62,706 nucleotides of DNA, filler included, from 4 parts of 4 records of this genome joined end to end with filler, not necessarily neighbours in it; one strand, 5' to 3'. Counted from the whole stretch's first letter, positions 40,988 through 51,750 are shown. Notes: a model not told the origin generated them from the letters alone. Program-made: numbers and translations.

Positions 40988-41926
40988 ATGATGCGCATTG
41001 GTTTGTTTTTTACTATTTTTGTTTTTCTCTTTTCGGGCTTGTCTGCTTTTGCCCAGGACAATCAGACTCAGGACACTTGGCCTGACCTTAAAGGCGACTA
41101 TTTGGGGCAAGAGGTGCCGGGCGCCACGCCGCAGGTTTTTGCGCCCGGCCTGATCTCCCTTGACGGCGAGCGCGAGCTGAACTCTGTCTTCTCGCCGGAC
41201 GGGCGGATTTTTATGTTTTCCCGTGTGGTGAACGGTGCCTTCAAAATGTTTTTCAGTTTTCGCCGGGGTGACGGCACCTGGCAGGAGCCGCGCATGGCCG
41301 CGCTTTCGAAAACATTTCCGGCGCACCGCGATGTGGATATGGCCTTTTCGCCTGACGGTGAGTGGCTTTATTTCATTTCTGACCGCCCGTTGCCGGGCTA
41401 TTCGCTGGAGCGCTACAACATCTGGCGCAGCCGTATCACCCCTTACGGCCTGCACACGCCGGAACCGCTGGGTGCGCACATCAATGGCCCCGGCCATGAG
41501 CTTTACCCCATGATTGTGGGTGATGGCAGCCTGTATTTCTCGGCGGTGCGGGACGACAGCATTGGCCGACGCGACAGTTACCGCGCCCAATATGCGAACG
41601 GCGACTTTGAAGCCCCGGTTAATTTGGGGCCCAGCATCAATAGCGAGGTAGATGAAGGCGACATTTATGTAAGCCCGGATGAGAGTTACATGATTCACGT
41701 GGCAGCCGGTCGGCCAGATGGCTTGGGCGACGGCGACCTTTATATCAGCTTCAAGCGTGACGACGGAAGCTGGAGCCCGGATGTGAATATGGGGCCAACC
41801 ATCAACACCGCAGGCATTGACTATTGCCCCATGGTGACCCCGGACGGGAAATATTTCTTCTTTACCCGCGGTAATGACATCATGTGGGTGGACGCGAACA
41901 TACTGGACACCTACCGGAGCAAATAG
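40988..41926 (+). CDS. secreted PD40/WD40-like beta-propeller protein (TolB-like)
   Basis: Signal peptide; repeated FSPDG/SPDE/TPDG blades and NLGPSIN. Confidence 0.82.
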   Translation: MMRIGLFFTIFVFLFSGLSAFAQDNQTQDTWPDLKGDYLGQEVPGATPQVFAPGLISLDGERELNSVFSPDGRIFMFSRVVNGAFKMFFSFRRGDGTWQEPRMAALSKTFPAHRDVDMAFSPDGEWLYFISDRPLPGYSLERYNIWRSRITPYGLHTPEPLGAHINGPGHELYPMIVGDGSLYFSAVRDDSIGRRDSYRAQYANGDFEAPVNLGPSINSEVDEGDIYVSPDESYMIHVAAGRPDGLGDGDLYISFKRDDGSWSPDVNMGPTINTAGIDYCPMVTPDGKYFFFTRGNDIMWVDANILDTYRSK

Positions 41927-41939
41927 AGGGGCCGACATT

Positions 41940-42269
41940 ATGGATGGCATGGCTTTACTGCGGTATCTTCCCTACATAGTTTCCAGCGTGTTTGTGGTTG
42001 TGGGCTTGCCCTTGGCTTTTAACATGGTTGCGCCGAACGGTGCTTATGGCATCCGTATAGCGAGAACCATGGCGGACACTGAAACGTGGTATGCGGTTAA
42101 TAAAGTGGGCGGTATATCGATGGTTGTATGCGCGGTGCTGTCGATGGTTATTGTTTTCTTGCTTCATAAACACTGGGGTGTGGACACCGAGATTAAGGTG
42201 CTCGTGCCGGTTTTTGTGCCGGTGGTGATGGTCCTTCTGAGTATCTCAATTGCGCTGAATACTGCGTGA
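41940..42269 (+). CDS. SdpI/YfhL family membrane protein
   Basis: PNGAYGIR...TWYAVN motif and three TM helices. Confidence 0.75.
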   Translation: MDGMALLRYLPYIVSSVFVVVGLPLAFNMVAPNGAYGIRIARTMADTETWYAVNKVGGISMVVCAVLSMVIVFLLHKHWGVDTEIKVLVPVFVPVVMVLLSISIALNTA

Positions 42270-42322
42270 CTACTAGCCCTTATTGCCAGGTGGCGTTTAG
42301 TAAACGCGGGAGGGGCGGTTCA

Positions 42323-43129
42323 TTAAGAGCCTGCTGTTAGCTCTGGCACACTGTCGGCCCGCAAAAACCGGTGTGTTGCCATCATTCTTGGTTGGTCATG
42401 AACGTTGGGTGCGCCGCTGTGCAGCGCGCGCATATCCATAAAATAGGCATCACCGGGTGAGCCGGTAAGCTCTATGATACTCAGCGTCGGGTCTTGGGGT
42501 GCGTCGCTTCGGTTGTGATGCTGGCTCGGCGGGGTTGATTGCGCGCAGGGCGCAGCCATCAGCTTTTTGAAGCCAGGCTCTTGCCTGATCTGTTTGGTGA
42601 CATCGCGGGGGCGGATAAAGCCGCCGTCATTCAGAAGCCGGTGCGAGCCCGCTACAACCAAGGTGCCGCCGCCTTGTGGTTTGATCTCACTTAACAGGAT
42701 GAAAAGCTGAACACCAGCCCGCCGCCCGCTGGCGAGGCGTGCAATATCAACATGCCAACCGTCATTGGGTATAAACCATTCGCCGTCATTGGGCAGTGTC
42801 ACCAGTATTTGGGGGCGTTTGAAAAACGCTCGGTCAAGATCGGCATGATCCAGAAGGCTGTCAACAATCGGCTTGATGCCGGGCTCATTGATCAAATGCT
42901 CAACTTCAGGGAGCTTGTTACCAATTTGTTTTGCGCTATAGCCTTTGTCTGGCCACGGTGGCCGGGGTTTGTCCTTGAGCCGCCATTCGCCGTTTTTGGA
43001 AAGGCCCAAGGGCTCAAACCGGGACAGGATTGAGCACCGCGCACGAGATATGACTTGCTCTGACAGCAAGGATTTGATTTTCAAAATGCCAGTGGCATCG
43101 AACTCTATGAGCTGGTCTTCGGTCATCAT
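42323..43129 (-). CDS. phytanoyl-CoA dioxygenase (PhyH) family Fe(II)/2OG oxygenase
   Basis: WHVD, GGTLVVAGSH, ALHSG...N...R triad and 2OG-binding residues. Confidence 0.85.
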   Translation of the reverse strand: MMTEDQLIEFDATGILKIKSLLSEQVISRARCSILSRFEPLGLSKNGEWRLKDKPRPPWPDKGYSAKQIGNKLPEVEHLINEPGIKPIVDSLLDHADLDRAFFKRPQILVTLPNDGEWFIPNDGWHVDIARLASGRRAGVQLFILLSEIKPQGGGTLVVAGSHRLLNDGGFIRPRDVTKQIRQEPGFKKLMAAPCAQSTPPSQHHNRSDAPQDPTLSIIELTGSPGDAYFMDMRALHSGAPNVHDQPRMMATHRFLRADSVPELTAGS

Positions 43130-43349
43130 AGGGTCATTTTTTGACTTCCCATTTTAAATACAAATCTTGCCAGAACAGGGTCGCGATGGCCAGAAAACTC
43201 TCGCGGACGCTATCAGAGATATATTTTACCCGTTTATCCTAGACTTAGGTTTAGAAGGACTTTCAAACGGTTCTTGATTCTGTTTAGGTGTGTTAGGGTG
43301 TAACAAGTTTATTGTCGCAAAGCCCCGCAAACTTGAAGAGGCATGTTTC

Positions 43350-44450
43350 GTGAGCAAATTCAGCAGTATCGGTTTCTTGATTGGCCTTATGATTTCAGCA
43401 GCGTCGATTTTTGCGCCAGTCGCTATGGCGGAAGACTATGACTATAGAACCATAAGGTCGCCGCGCACATTAACCGCAGAAGAAACTGAAGTGGCGGCGG
43501 CCCAGTATCAGCGATATTGTAGCCTGTGCCACGGTGCCGACCGGCAGGGTTATGTGAATGACCACGCACCGTCATTGCGCAGCAAAAGCCTGTTTCGGTC
43601 CGGTGTGCCGCACGAGGTGCTGCGCCCGATACAATATGGCCGGGACGGCACCGCCATGGGCGGTTATCTGGACGAGGTTGGCGGCCCGCTTACGCTGGAT
43701 GAAACCTGGAACCTGACCTACTGGTTGTTTTGGCAGGCGGATACGGAGCGGGTGCGCATTACCAAGGAATTGGTGAGTGGCGACGCGGATCTTGGTGCGG
43801 CCCTTTACGCGGAAAATTGCACAACATGCCACGGCGCGAACGGTGAAGGCGTGAATGCGCCCGCGCTAGGCAATCCATCAGCTTTGTCGCACAACTCGGA
43901 CGAATTTATTCGCTATGCAATCCGCGAGGGCCGCGACGGCACACCCATGCAGCCGTGGAAAAACACACTTTCTTCCGACGATATTGATAACATCACCGCT
44001 TTCCTGCGCAGCCGGGCCAGCGGCTGGGAGCAATCCCGCGTGACGCTCAGGGAAGTGCCGACGCCTGATCAGTATGTGATCAACAAGCAAGGCGATGACC
44101 CGGAATTTGACCTGCAAGACGGGCGCTATGTTTCAGCGGCCGACCTTTTGACCGCGATGCAGGACAAGAAACGCATGGTGCTTTTGGACACCCGCGTGAC
44201 ATCTGTGTGGCAGCGTGTGCACATTGAAGGGGCGGTGCCGATGCCTTACTATAGCGACTTTGACGCCATCGTCGGTGACTTGCCGAAGGATGTGCAGATT
44301 GTTGCTTATTGTTCCTGCCCGCGCGCGGCGGCGGATGATGTGGTTCGGCGGCTGCGAAGCCGCGGTTTTACCCGCACCGCGACTATGTATGAAGGCATTT
44401 TTGGCTGGATGAATATGGGCTATCCGGTGATCAACGGCCAATCTGAGTAG
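43350..44450 (+). CDS. periplasmic di-heme cytochrome c fused to a rhodanese domain
   Basis: Signal peptide, CSLCH and CTTCH with downstream Met ligands (TAM, TPM), then LLDTR, HIEGA, YCSCP, EGIFGW. Confidence 0.85.
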   Translation: MSKFSSIGFLIGLMISAASIFAPVAMAEDYDYRTIRSPRTLTAEETEVAAAQYQRYCSLCHGADRQGYVNDHAPSLRSKSLFRSGVPHEVLRPIQYGRDGTAMGGYLDEVGGPLTLDETWNLTYWLFWQADTERVRITKELVSGDADLGAALYAENCTTCHGANGEGVNAPALGNPSALSHNSDEFIRYAIREGRDGTPMQPWKNTLSSDDIDNITAFLRSRASGWEQSRVTLREVPTPDQYVINKQGDDPEFDLQDGRYVSAADLLTAMQDKKRMVLLDTRVTSVWQRVHIEGAVPMPYYSDFDAIVGDLPKDVQIVAYCSCPRAAADDVVRRLRSRGFTRTATMYEGIFGWMNMGYPVINGQSE

Positions 44451-44541
44451 CAGAAAAATTCAAAATAGCGCCGCTTGGGAGTAATAAGGTATACCTATGT
44501 ATCTGGCCGCCTGCCACACTGCGAGTAGGGACTCTCCAAGG

Positions 44542-45066
44542 TCATGGCGCGTCTTCTTCCGTGGGCGCTGGATCCAAAAGCCAAAAAGCGGCATTGTTGG
44601 GCAAAGTAGCTTGTGCATTCATTTTGGTTTTTGCATAGGCTTTAAAGTCATCACTGAAAAGAAAACTGCGTTCGGTAAATATTGTTTTTACAAAAGGTGC
44701 GGTAAGCGCTAGCGCGGAGATGCCGTCCCAAAATTGCCGGCGGCTTTCCAGGAGCGAGTCTTCTTCCCTTTTATAATATATGTCTTGCAAATTGATTAGC
44801 ATTTTCATGGCTATGTGGCTTGCAAGGGCGCGTTCTTCCTGTGTTAAGGAATCCATATCATTTTGAGCTTTTATGAATGCGCGGTTTACCTCTGGAACAC
44901 TGACCGAGCTGTATATGTCTATGGTTGACCTGTGGACTGCTTCAGACGCAGCTATTTTTGATTGTGTTGTATTTTGTTTAATTTGAATGCCAACAAATAC
45001 GAGCGAAGCAACGATGGCAATAACACCGATGATTTCCGCGAGATATGCAAGATTTTCTAGAGTCAT
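44542..45066 (-). CDS. hypothetical membrane-anchored protein
   Basis: N-terminal TM (AEIIGVIAIVASLVFVGIQIKQNT) followed by a helical domain; at the contig edge. Confidence 0.75.
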   Translation of the reverse strand: MTLENLAYLAEIIGVIAIVASLVFVGIQIKQNTTQSKIAASEAVHRSTIDIYSSVSVPEVNRAFIKAQNDMDSLTQEERALASHIAMKMLINLQDIYYKREEDSLLESRRQFWDGISALALTAPFVKTIFTERSFLFSDDFKAYAKTKMNAQATLPNNAAFWLLDPAPTEEDAP

Positions 45067-45067
45067 T

Positions 45068-45167
45068 NNNNNNNNNNNNNNNNNNNNNNNNNNNNNNNNN
45101 NNNNNNNNNNNTTAATTAATTAANNNNNNNNNNNNNNNNNNNNNNNNNNNNNNNNNNNNNNNNNNNN
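45068..45167. other. artificial contig spacer
   Basis: N44-TTAATTAATTAA-N44. Confidence 0.99.
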
Positions 45168-45306
45168 AACTGAGCTCAGTTTCTCGTAGACTTCAGTAGG
45201 ACTGTTTGGAGTCGCTCGAAATTATTGGCAACGGCCAGCGCGTGCCCACTCGACGTTCGGCAACTCAACGATCGGCGACTGAAGCCCAGCATGGAGGGTG
45301 CTAGCA

Positions 45307-45939
45307 ATGAAGATGGAGTGCTTTTGGCCTGGCCTACCGTCTGCGTGGCATCTGGGTGACCTGCGTGGCTTGGTAGTTAGCGTTGTTTTCGGTTGGGCTC
45401 TCACGTTAGCGCTGGCATCGACATTTATCTGGCCCGTTTGGGTTCATCCCGTTGTACGAGGTTTGCTGTGGGTGTCCATTGTTGGCTACTGGTTGTTTGA
45501 ATCGGTGCGAGCGAGCTGGAGCTTCAAAGATCGGATCGTTCACCAAAGTGTCGGGCTGTCAAAAGAATTCTTGGACGCACAGCAGGCCTACTTGGAAGGC
45601 AACTGGTTTGACGCCGAGGCCTTGCTGTTAGAGATAATTGACCGCAAGCCTCGCGATGCAGAGGCGATATTAATGTTGGTTGGCGTGCTGCGTCACACCC
45701 AACGTTGGCAGGCCGCGCTGCGACGATTGTCTCAGCTCGAAACACTACAGTCGGCCAGCAACTGGCGGTACGAAATTTCCCGGGAACGTCAGTTGATTGA
45801 AACGGCAGTTTCAGAGGCAGACCAGGGCAACGAACAAGACGGCGATCAAGACAGCGAACTTGGTAGCCAGCCCGATTCCGATGCGGAATTGCCTTCGGCG
45901 GCGAATGCAGAAGCAACGGTGGGCGGTGAGCAGCAGTGA
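45307..45939 (+). CDS. membrane protein with TPR-like C-terminal domain
   Basis: WPGL motif, two TM helices, AQQAYLEGNW...PRDAEA TPR-like helices, acidic tail; start approximate. Confidence 0.7.
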   Translation: MKMECFWPGLPSAWHLGDLRGLVVSVVFGWALTLALASTFIWPVWVHPVVRGLLWVSIVGYWLFESVRASWSFKDRIVHQSVGLSKEFLDAQQAYLEGNWFDAEALLLEIIDRKPRDAEAILMLVGVLRHTQRWQAALRRLSQLETLQSASNWRYEISRERQLIETAVSEADQGNEQDGDQDSELGSQPDSDAELPSAANAEATVGGEQQ

Positions 45940-46202
45940 CAGGCAGGCGGCGCGATCCAGCGGCCCTCGAGATTAAAGAAAAGGCTGCGGGTTTTCGCAG
46001 GCCAGTGACCTGCCAGCAAGGCGGAAAAATCGCTACGATAAGAAAAACTGGGTCGAGTTTACGGACAAGCTTGAGGAATGTGTCCAGTTTCGCGTTTCAG
46101 TGATCTCCTCAGGTGAATTTGGCTGGCACGTAATTGCTGGAGCATTGTGGTTTTGCCTGACGGGTTGTTGGTTACGTCGGCCATTTTGGCTGGTTTCCTC
46201 AC

Positions 46203-46219
46203 TTGGCATACCGTTTGCT
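46203..46219 (+). promoter_or_regulatory. putative sigma54 (-24/-12) promoter of clpC
   Basis: TTGGCATACCGTTTGCT with exact GG-N10-GC spacing, about 175 nt upstream of the ATG. Confidence 0.6.
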
Positions 46220-46394
46220 TTGATGGTTTAGATCTGGCCGACGTTGATAAGATTCAATTGTCGACTTGAGAATTGATTCGAACAATAAAAGAGACGATCA
46301 GACGGAAATTGGTCGCTTCTGAATGAAACATTGATTTTCGCAGACGTCTGTCTTCGGATACTCGGTGGCAACGCCACTTTTGAAGGGGTCAAGA

Positions 46395-48935
46395 ATGTAC
46401 GAGAGATTTACTGACCGGGCTCGCAAGGTCATGCAGCTAGCCAATCAAGAGGCTCAGCGTTTTAACCATGAGTACATCGGTACCGAGCACGTTTTGTTGG
46501 GGCTTGTGAAAGAGGGCAGTGGAGTTGCCGCGAACGTCTTGAAGAATCTGGACGTTGATCTGCGTAAGATTCGCCTAGAAGTTGAGAAGCTTGTCCAAAG
46601 CGGCCCAGAGATGGTCACCATTGGAAAGCTGCCTCAAACGCCACGTGCCAAGAAGGTCATCGAATACTCGATGGAAGAGGCACGGAATCTGAACCATAAC
46701 TACGTTGGAACCGAGCACATCCTGCTTGGCCTATTGCGCGAGCAAGAGGGCGTTGCGGCACAGGTCCTGATGAATCTTGGGCTGAAGCTTGACGATGTTC
46801 GGGAAGAAGTCCTGAACCTGCTAGGCCACGGAATGGATAGCGGTGAAGGTGGTGAGCGTGGCGGTCGCGAAAGCGGCGGAGAGCGCGAACCCAGCAGCAG
46901 CTCTTCGAAAAGCTCAAAGAGCAAAACGCCAGCACTGGACAGCTTTGGACGCGACCTGACCGAATTGGCTAAGCAGTCTAAGCTAGATCCGGTTATTGGC
47001 CGAGCTCGTGAAATTGAGCGAGCCGTTCAAGTACTTTGCCGCCGAAGTAAAAACAATCCAGTTCTCCTGGGAGAGGCCGGCGTCGGCAAAACAGCCATCG
47101 TTGAAGGTTTCGCGCAGCGTGTCGTTGCTGGCGACGTTCCTGAAATTCTCGCCGACAAGCGAATTGTTGTGCTTGATCTCGCCATGATGGTTGCTGGTAC
47201 CAAGTACCGCGGTCAGTTCGAAGAGCGAATCAAGGCGGTGATGAACGAAGTTCGCCGCGCTAAGAATACAATTCTTTTCATCGACGAGCTGCACACCCTG
47301 GTCGGTGCAGGTGGTGCCGAAGGTGCTATCGATGCGGCAAATGTCCTCAAGCCAGCTTTGGCTCGGGGTGAAATCCAGTGCATCGGTGCAACGACCCTGG
47401 ATGAATACCGGAAGTACATCGAAAAGGACAATGCTCTGGCTCGACGATTCCAAGAAATCGTTGTCGAACCGACCAGTAAGGATGAGACCATCGAAATCCT
47501 TATGGGACTGCGTGAGCGTTACGAAGAACACCACCGCGTCAAGTTTACTGATGAGTCGGTTGTCGCCGCCGTTGAAATGAGTGAGCGATACATCACCGCT
47601 CGGTGCTTGCCAGATAAGGCGATTGACGTCATCGATGAAGCCGGTGCTCGAATCCGTCTTCGTAATATGTCTAAGCCACCAAATCTCAAGGAACTTGATG
47701 ACGACATTGAGAAGCTGAACAAGGACAAAGAAGACGCGGTTGCAAACCAAGACTTCGAGAAAGCCGCTTCGCTTCGCGATAAAGCTGACAAGCTTCGAAA
47801 GAAGAAGGAAGAGATCACCCAAGAGTGGCGTGAGAAGAGCCGTGAAACTGACGGCGTCGTTGACGAGGATGTGATCAGCGAAGTTGTCTCGAAGATGACC
47901 GGAATTCCACTCACGCGGCTCAGCACAGAAGACAGTGCTCGGCTCATGGAGATGGAAGACGAGCTGCACAAGCGAGTCGTTAGTCAGGGCCAAGCCGTGT
48001 CGGCAATTGCCAAGGCAGTTCGTCGAAGCCGCAGTGGTTTGAAGGATCCGCAGCGACCTACAGGTTGCTTCGTTTTTGCTGGCCCGACTGGTGTTGGTAA
48101 AACCTTGCTGGCCAAGGCGCTAGCAGAGTTCATGTTTGGCGACTCCGATGCACTCGTTCATATCGATATGAGCGAATACATGGAGAAGCACAACATCAGC
48201 CGCTTGATCGGTGCACCTCCGGGATACGTTGGTTACGAAGAAGGTGGGCAACTGACCGAGAAGATTCGTCGTCGACCGTACGCGGTCGTGCTGCTTGACG
48301 AAATCGAGAAGGCTCACCCCGATATCTTCAACATGCTCCTGCAAGTCATGGAAGAAGGGCGACTCACCGATTCATTTGGCCGTAATGTTGACTTCCGCAA
48401 CGTGATTTTGATCCTCACCACAAATGCTGGTGCGGATGCGATCAAGAACGAATCCGCCTTCGGGTTCCAAAAGCCCGACGGTGATGCGTCTTATGACAGC
48501 ATGAAGTCGCGTGTTATGGATCAGATCGAACGCGTCTTCCGACCTGAGTTCCTCAATAGGTTGGATGATACGATTATCTTCCGTCACCTCACCAAGGAAG
48601 ATTTGAAGAAGGTGATCGACTTCGAACTATCCAAAGTTCGATCGCGTCTGCAAGACCGTGGCTTCGAGCTTGAATTGACCGAAGAAGCGAAGGAGTTCCT
48701 GATCGAGAAGGGTGCGAACCTGGACTACGGAGCACGACCGTTGCGTCGAGCATTGGAGCAGCGAATCGAAGACCCTATGGCCGAAGAGATTCTTCGTGGT
48801 GCGTTCGAGGGCGTGAACACGATTGTGGTCGACGCCGCCAAGGACAGCGAAGGCAAGACGATTCGTCTCGAATTCCGTGGTGAGAAGCGCGAGCAGGAAG
48901 AGCCTGTCGCAGTCGCATCAAGCGAAGAAAGCTAA
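46395..48935 (+). CDS. clpC: ATP-dependent Clp protease ATPase subunit ClpC
   Basis: MYERFT, double Clp-N domain, Walker A motifs GEAGVGKT and [11 protein letters not shown] coiled coil ([11 protein letters not shown]), FGF ClpP-docking loop. Confidence 0.96.
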   Translation: MYERFTDRARKVMQLANQEAQRFNHEYIGTEHVLLGLVKEGSGVAANVLKNLDVDLRKIRLEVEKLVQSGPEMVTIGKLPQTPRAKKVIEYSMEEARNLNHNYVGTEHILLGLLREQEGVAAQVLMNLGLKLDDVREEVLNLLGHGMDSGEGGERGGRESGGEREPSSSSSKSSKSKTPALDSFGRDLTELAKQSKLDPVIGRAREIERAVQVLCRRSKNNPVLLGEAGVGKTAIVEGFAQRVVAGDVPEILADKRIVVLDLAMMVAGTKYRGQFEERIKAVMNEVRRAKNTILFIDELHTLVGAGGAEGAIDAANVLKPALARGEIQCIGATTLDEYRKYIEKDNALARRFQEIVVEPTSKDETIEILMGLRERYEEHHRVKFTDESVVAAVEMSERYITARCLPDKAIDVIDEAGARIRLRNMSKPPNLKELDDDIEKLNKDKEDAVANQDFEKAASLRDKADKLRKKKEEITQEWREKSRETDGVVDEDVISEVVSKMTGIPLTRLSTEDSARLMEMEDELHKRVVSQGQAVSAIAKAVRRSRSGLKDPQRPTGCFVFAGPTGVGKTLLAKALAEFMFGDSDALVHIDMSEYMEKHNISRLIGAPPGYVGYEEGGQLTEKIRRRPYAVVLLDEIEKAHPDIFNMLLQVMEEGRLTDSFGRNVDFRNVILILTTNAGADAIKNESAFGFQKPDGDASYDSMKSRVMDQIERVFRPEFLNRLDDTIIFRHLTKEDLKKVIDFELSKVRSRLQDRGFELELTEEAKEFLIEKGANLDYGARPLRRALEQRIEDPMAEEILRGAFEGVNTIVVDAAKDSEGKTIRLEFRGEKREQEEPVAVASSEES

Positions 48936-49010
48936 CCGCGGAAGTTCGCAGGTCATCCCCGCACTCTTTCCAGCAGTGGGCAGAGGCGGGCGAAAAAACG
49001 ACGACACAAG

Positions 49011-49040
49011 AACACACCTCTCACAGAGGTGTGTTTTTTT
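49011..49040. terminator. intrinsic terminator (probably bidirectional) between clpC and the csrA fusion
   Basis: AACACACCTCT-CAC-AGAGGTGTGTT perfect 11-bp stem plus T run. Confidence 0.85.
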
Positions 49041-49779
49041 ATTTAGGCTTCGCTGGTTCGATCGCAGCTTTAAGGCGTTCGCGTTTGAGGGGCTTGAGAA
49101 ACCACTCATCGCAGCCGTCTGGGCCGATTGGAACGTCGTTGTCTTCCCGTGGGCGATCGCTCAGGGCAAAGACTTGCAGCCTCTTCAGACTTGGCTCATT
49201 TCGGATCGTTTTGAGAATCGCCCGACCGTTTAGTTTGGGGCAATCCATATTGATCACGACATAGCTAACGCCCGCATTCCGCATCAGGCAGAGCGCTTGC
49301 TCCTGATCTGATAGAACATGGAGCGGTGTGCAGATATTCTCCGCCTGTTTTGCCAGAAGTGTGTCGCAGTCTTCGCTGCCGCTTAGTAGCAGCCCGCGAA
49401 TGCAACTTGCTTCTCGAACACACCCCGCTTCAACTTGCTTGGCCTGCTGAATTAGATCATCAAGGCTTCGCTTGGCGAGCTCCAGCATTTCAGGTGCGTT
49501 TTCGTCGTTTCGATCGTCAATCGCGGCATTAGCCTTCAATAGATGGCTAATGATATCGCGGATTCTATCCTGAGCAGTCTTGTTGGAAAAAACGCAGTCC
49601 GCGCAGAAGTCCTTTTCTTGCGTTGGGAATTTTGAGAGTTCATCCCTGACAATGGTCAGCTCACGCGGCGCCTCGACTCCAAGTCGAACACGCGCGCCGC
49701 TCAACCGAAGAACTTTTATGCGCACACCCAGCTCTTTGAAGCACAAAGCTTCATGTTGGCCTCGGGTAAGTACGAGCAT
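49039..49779 (-). CDS. CsrA (carbon storage regulator) domain fused to a degenerate receiver domain
   Basis: MLVLTR...VRLGVEAP...IVRDEL N-terminus; C-terminal REC-like segment VVINMDCPKLNG...FALS...FLKP. Confidence 0.85.
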   Translation of the reverse strand: MLVLTRGQHEALCFKELGVRIKVLRLSGARVRLGVEAPRELTIVRDELSKFPTQEKDFCADCVFSNKTAQDRIRDIISHLLKANAAIDDRNDENAPEMLELAKRSLDDLIQQAKQVEAGCVREASCIRGLLLSGSEDCDTLLAKQAENICTPLHVLSDQEQALCLMRNAGVSYVVINMDCPKLNGRAILKTIRNEPSLKRLQVFALSDRPREDNDVPIGPDGCDEWFLKPLKRERLKAAIEPAKPK

Positions 49780-50110
49780 GTCTTTCTATCTCCGCAAAAG
49801 TATCAGCTAGAAATGTATTGCGATACATTCCGGGTTCCATCTGGAAAGAGGCAAAGACACTTGGGCAAATTGACTACTTCGCAAAGTTCGCCGTCGGTAT
49901 CCTTCCATAATGGTTGCGGCGAGCAAAGGGCTTCTGGCTTCACAGCCGTTGTTTTTTGCGGGTTACCGTGACGCAAGCACTCGTTAGACTGTCGTATATG
50001 CCATATTGGGGCGTATATTGCGACGTAGGAGATAGCTCTGGCGAACCTGCGCCAATGTCATTGAAACCGGATTCAAAATCCGTAAAGGCGACATTGAGTG
50101 CCTTGTTAGG

Positions 50111-51679
50111 ATGTTCTGGCGAGCAAAGTTAAAGAGGGGTAGGGCATTGTTCAACAGGATTTGCAAATCGTCGCACTGGCCCGTTGCAGCCTTGTCTGCT
50201 GCATTGGTTTGTGTTGGATGCTCTACATCTGGCACGTCCACCGGTGATGGGGCGGCTGACGAGACCGACAAGCCCTCACAAAGCTCTGAGCACACACAAG
50301 CAGCGGAGCCTGCTGCCGGAAGTCGGGAGGGAACCAATGAGGCGTCGGACGATCAAGACCATGAAGCTACTTCGAAACAAAATGCTATCAATGACCCTAC
50401 CGGAAGGACAGAACCCGCCGGTGACCAGGGAACAGCGACTGCAGTTCCAGCATTTGTTTTGCCGGATTGGCCAAGCCGACCTGTTGATTCAGCTCAGCTT
50501 CGCCAGGAAGCCTCAGACCTTGCCCTTCTGGTCGTAGAGACCGCACCGCAAGATCCGAATGCCTGGGAGGTGAAGGCTCGGTTCGACCTGCTGTTCGGTG
50601 AGACAAACGCAGCCAAGCGGGCTTGGGAACAGGCCTTGAAGTTGGATGGTGGGTATGCGTTCGCGCTGCATGGCATTGGCAAAGTTGCCGTGTTGAATGG
50701 GCGATTTGATGCTGCAATCGAGGCGTTACGTCGCGCCTACGAGAAGCTGCCTGACCTTGCCGACGTCGTTCATGATCTGTCAAACGCGTACACGAAGAAC
50801 GGACAAGTTGAGCAGTCGGTAAAGGTCTTAGAGGAGTATGTTCGCAAACATCCTGATGCGACTGAAACTTATGTCCTGCTTGGAAACGCTCATCTTACGC
50901 TTCGGCAATTTGAAGCTGCGCGGGACTCGTTTACGAAAGCCCTCGAGTTGTATCCCGACCTACCCAGGGCCCAACAAGGGCTGGGAGCCGCATTGGTGCG
51001 ACTGGGGGATAGAGAACGGGCTCGCGAATTGCTAGCGGCCCAGAGAAAATCACGAACCGCCGAAGCGAAGAATCGATCCGCAGACGAGGTGTTCCGAGAT
51101 GAATTGAGCGAGACGGCGGTCCGCTACTCATTTGCGGCCAGAGTCTTGCAAAGTACAGGGGATGTTCCAGCCGCGGTGAAGGCACTGATGAAAGCTGTCG
51201 TTCTTGATCCGAATAATGGTGACACTTGGGGCCTCCTGATCGATCTACTAAGCATCAATAAGTATTGGGACGCCGGCGTAGAGGTGGCGCAGCGGATGGT
51301 TTCTGAGAACCCACAGAACGCGAATTTCCATTTTACGCTTGGAGGTTTGCAGGTTCGTGCGGGACGGATCGCTGATGCGAGAGATGCGTTTAAGCGAGTT
51401 ATCGAGCTCTTACCGGGCGCGGCTCAAGGGTACGAGGCCTTGGTCCGCGTGAACGTACAGACTCAATTCGATCAGGCAGCTACTTTAAAGTTAGCTCAAG
51501 AGCTTGTCGAAGTACGAGGCAGCGCTAACGACTACGAACTCTTGGGGCAAGCTAATGCGGTGGCAGGGCGATATTCGGAAGCCAAACAGGCCCTGGCCAA
51601 AGCAATTAAGCTGGAGCCAAGCAACGATAAGTACCAAATGGCGATGCAAAAATTGCAAAGGTTCTTGGATTCACGCTGA
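50111..51679 (+). CDS. TPR-repeat protein, probable lipoprotein
   Basis: Lipobox-like CVGC, low-complexity linker, many TPR units. Confidence 0.82.
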   Translation: MFWRAKLKRGRALFNRICKSSHWPVAALSAALVCVGCSTSGTSTGDGAADETDKPSQSSEHTQAAEPAAGSREGTNEASDDQDHEATSKQNAINDPTGRTEPAGDQGTATAVPAFVLPDWPSRPVDSAQLRQEASDLALLVVETAPQDPNAWEVKARFDLLFGETNAAKRAWEQALKLDGGYAFALHGIGKVAVLNGRFDAAIEALRRAYEKLPDLADVVHDLSNAYTKNGQVEQSVKVLEEYVRKHPDATETYVLLGNAHLTLRQFEAARDSFTKALELYPDLPRAQQGLGAALVRLGDRERARELLAAQRKSRTAEAKNRSADEVFRDELSETAVRYSFAARVLQSTGDVPAAVKALMKAVVLDPNNGDTWGLLIDLLSINKYWDAGVEVAQRMVSENPQNANFHFTLGGLQVRAGRIADARDAFKRVIELLPGAAQGYEALVRVNVQTQFDQAATLKLAQELVEVRGSANDYELLGQANAVAGRYSEAKQALAKAIKLEPSNDKYQMAMQKLQRFLDSR

Positions 51680-51750
51680 TTGACTTTGACGAGTTTATCA
51701 CGCGGGAATGGCAGACACAGGATTCAACACGGCAGAAAGTTCAAGCGCTT

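Noticed and set aside
46123-46138. Second sigma54-like motif CTGGCACGTAATTGCT
   Set aside because: GG-to-GC spacing is 9 nt rather than the required 10
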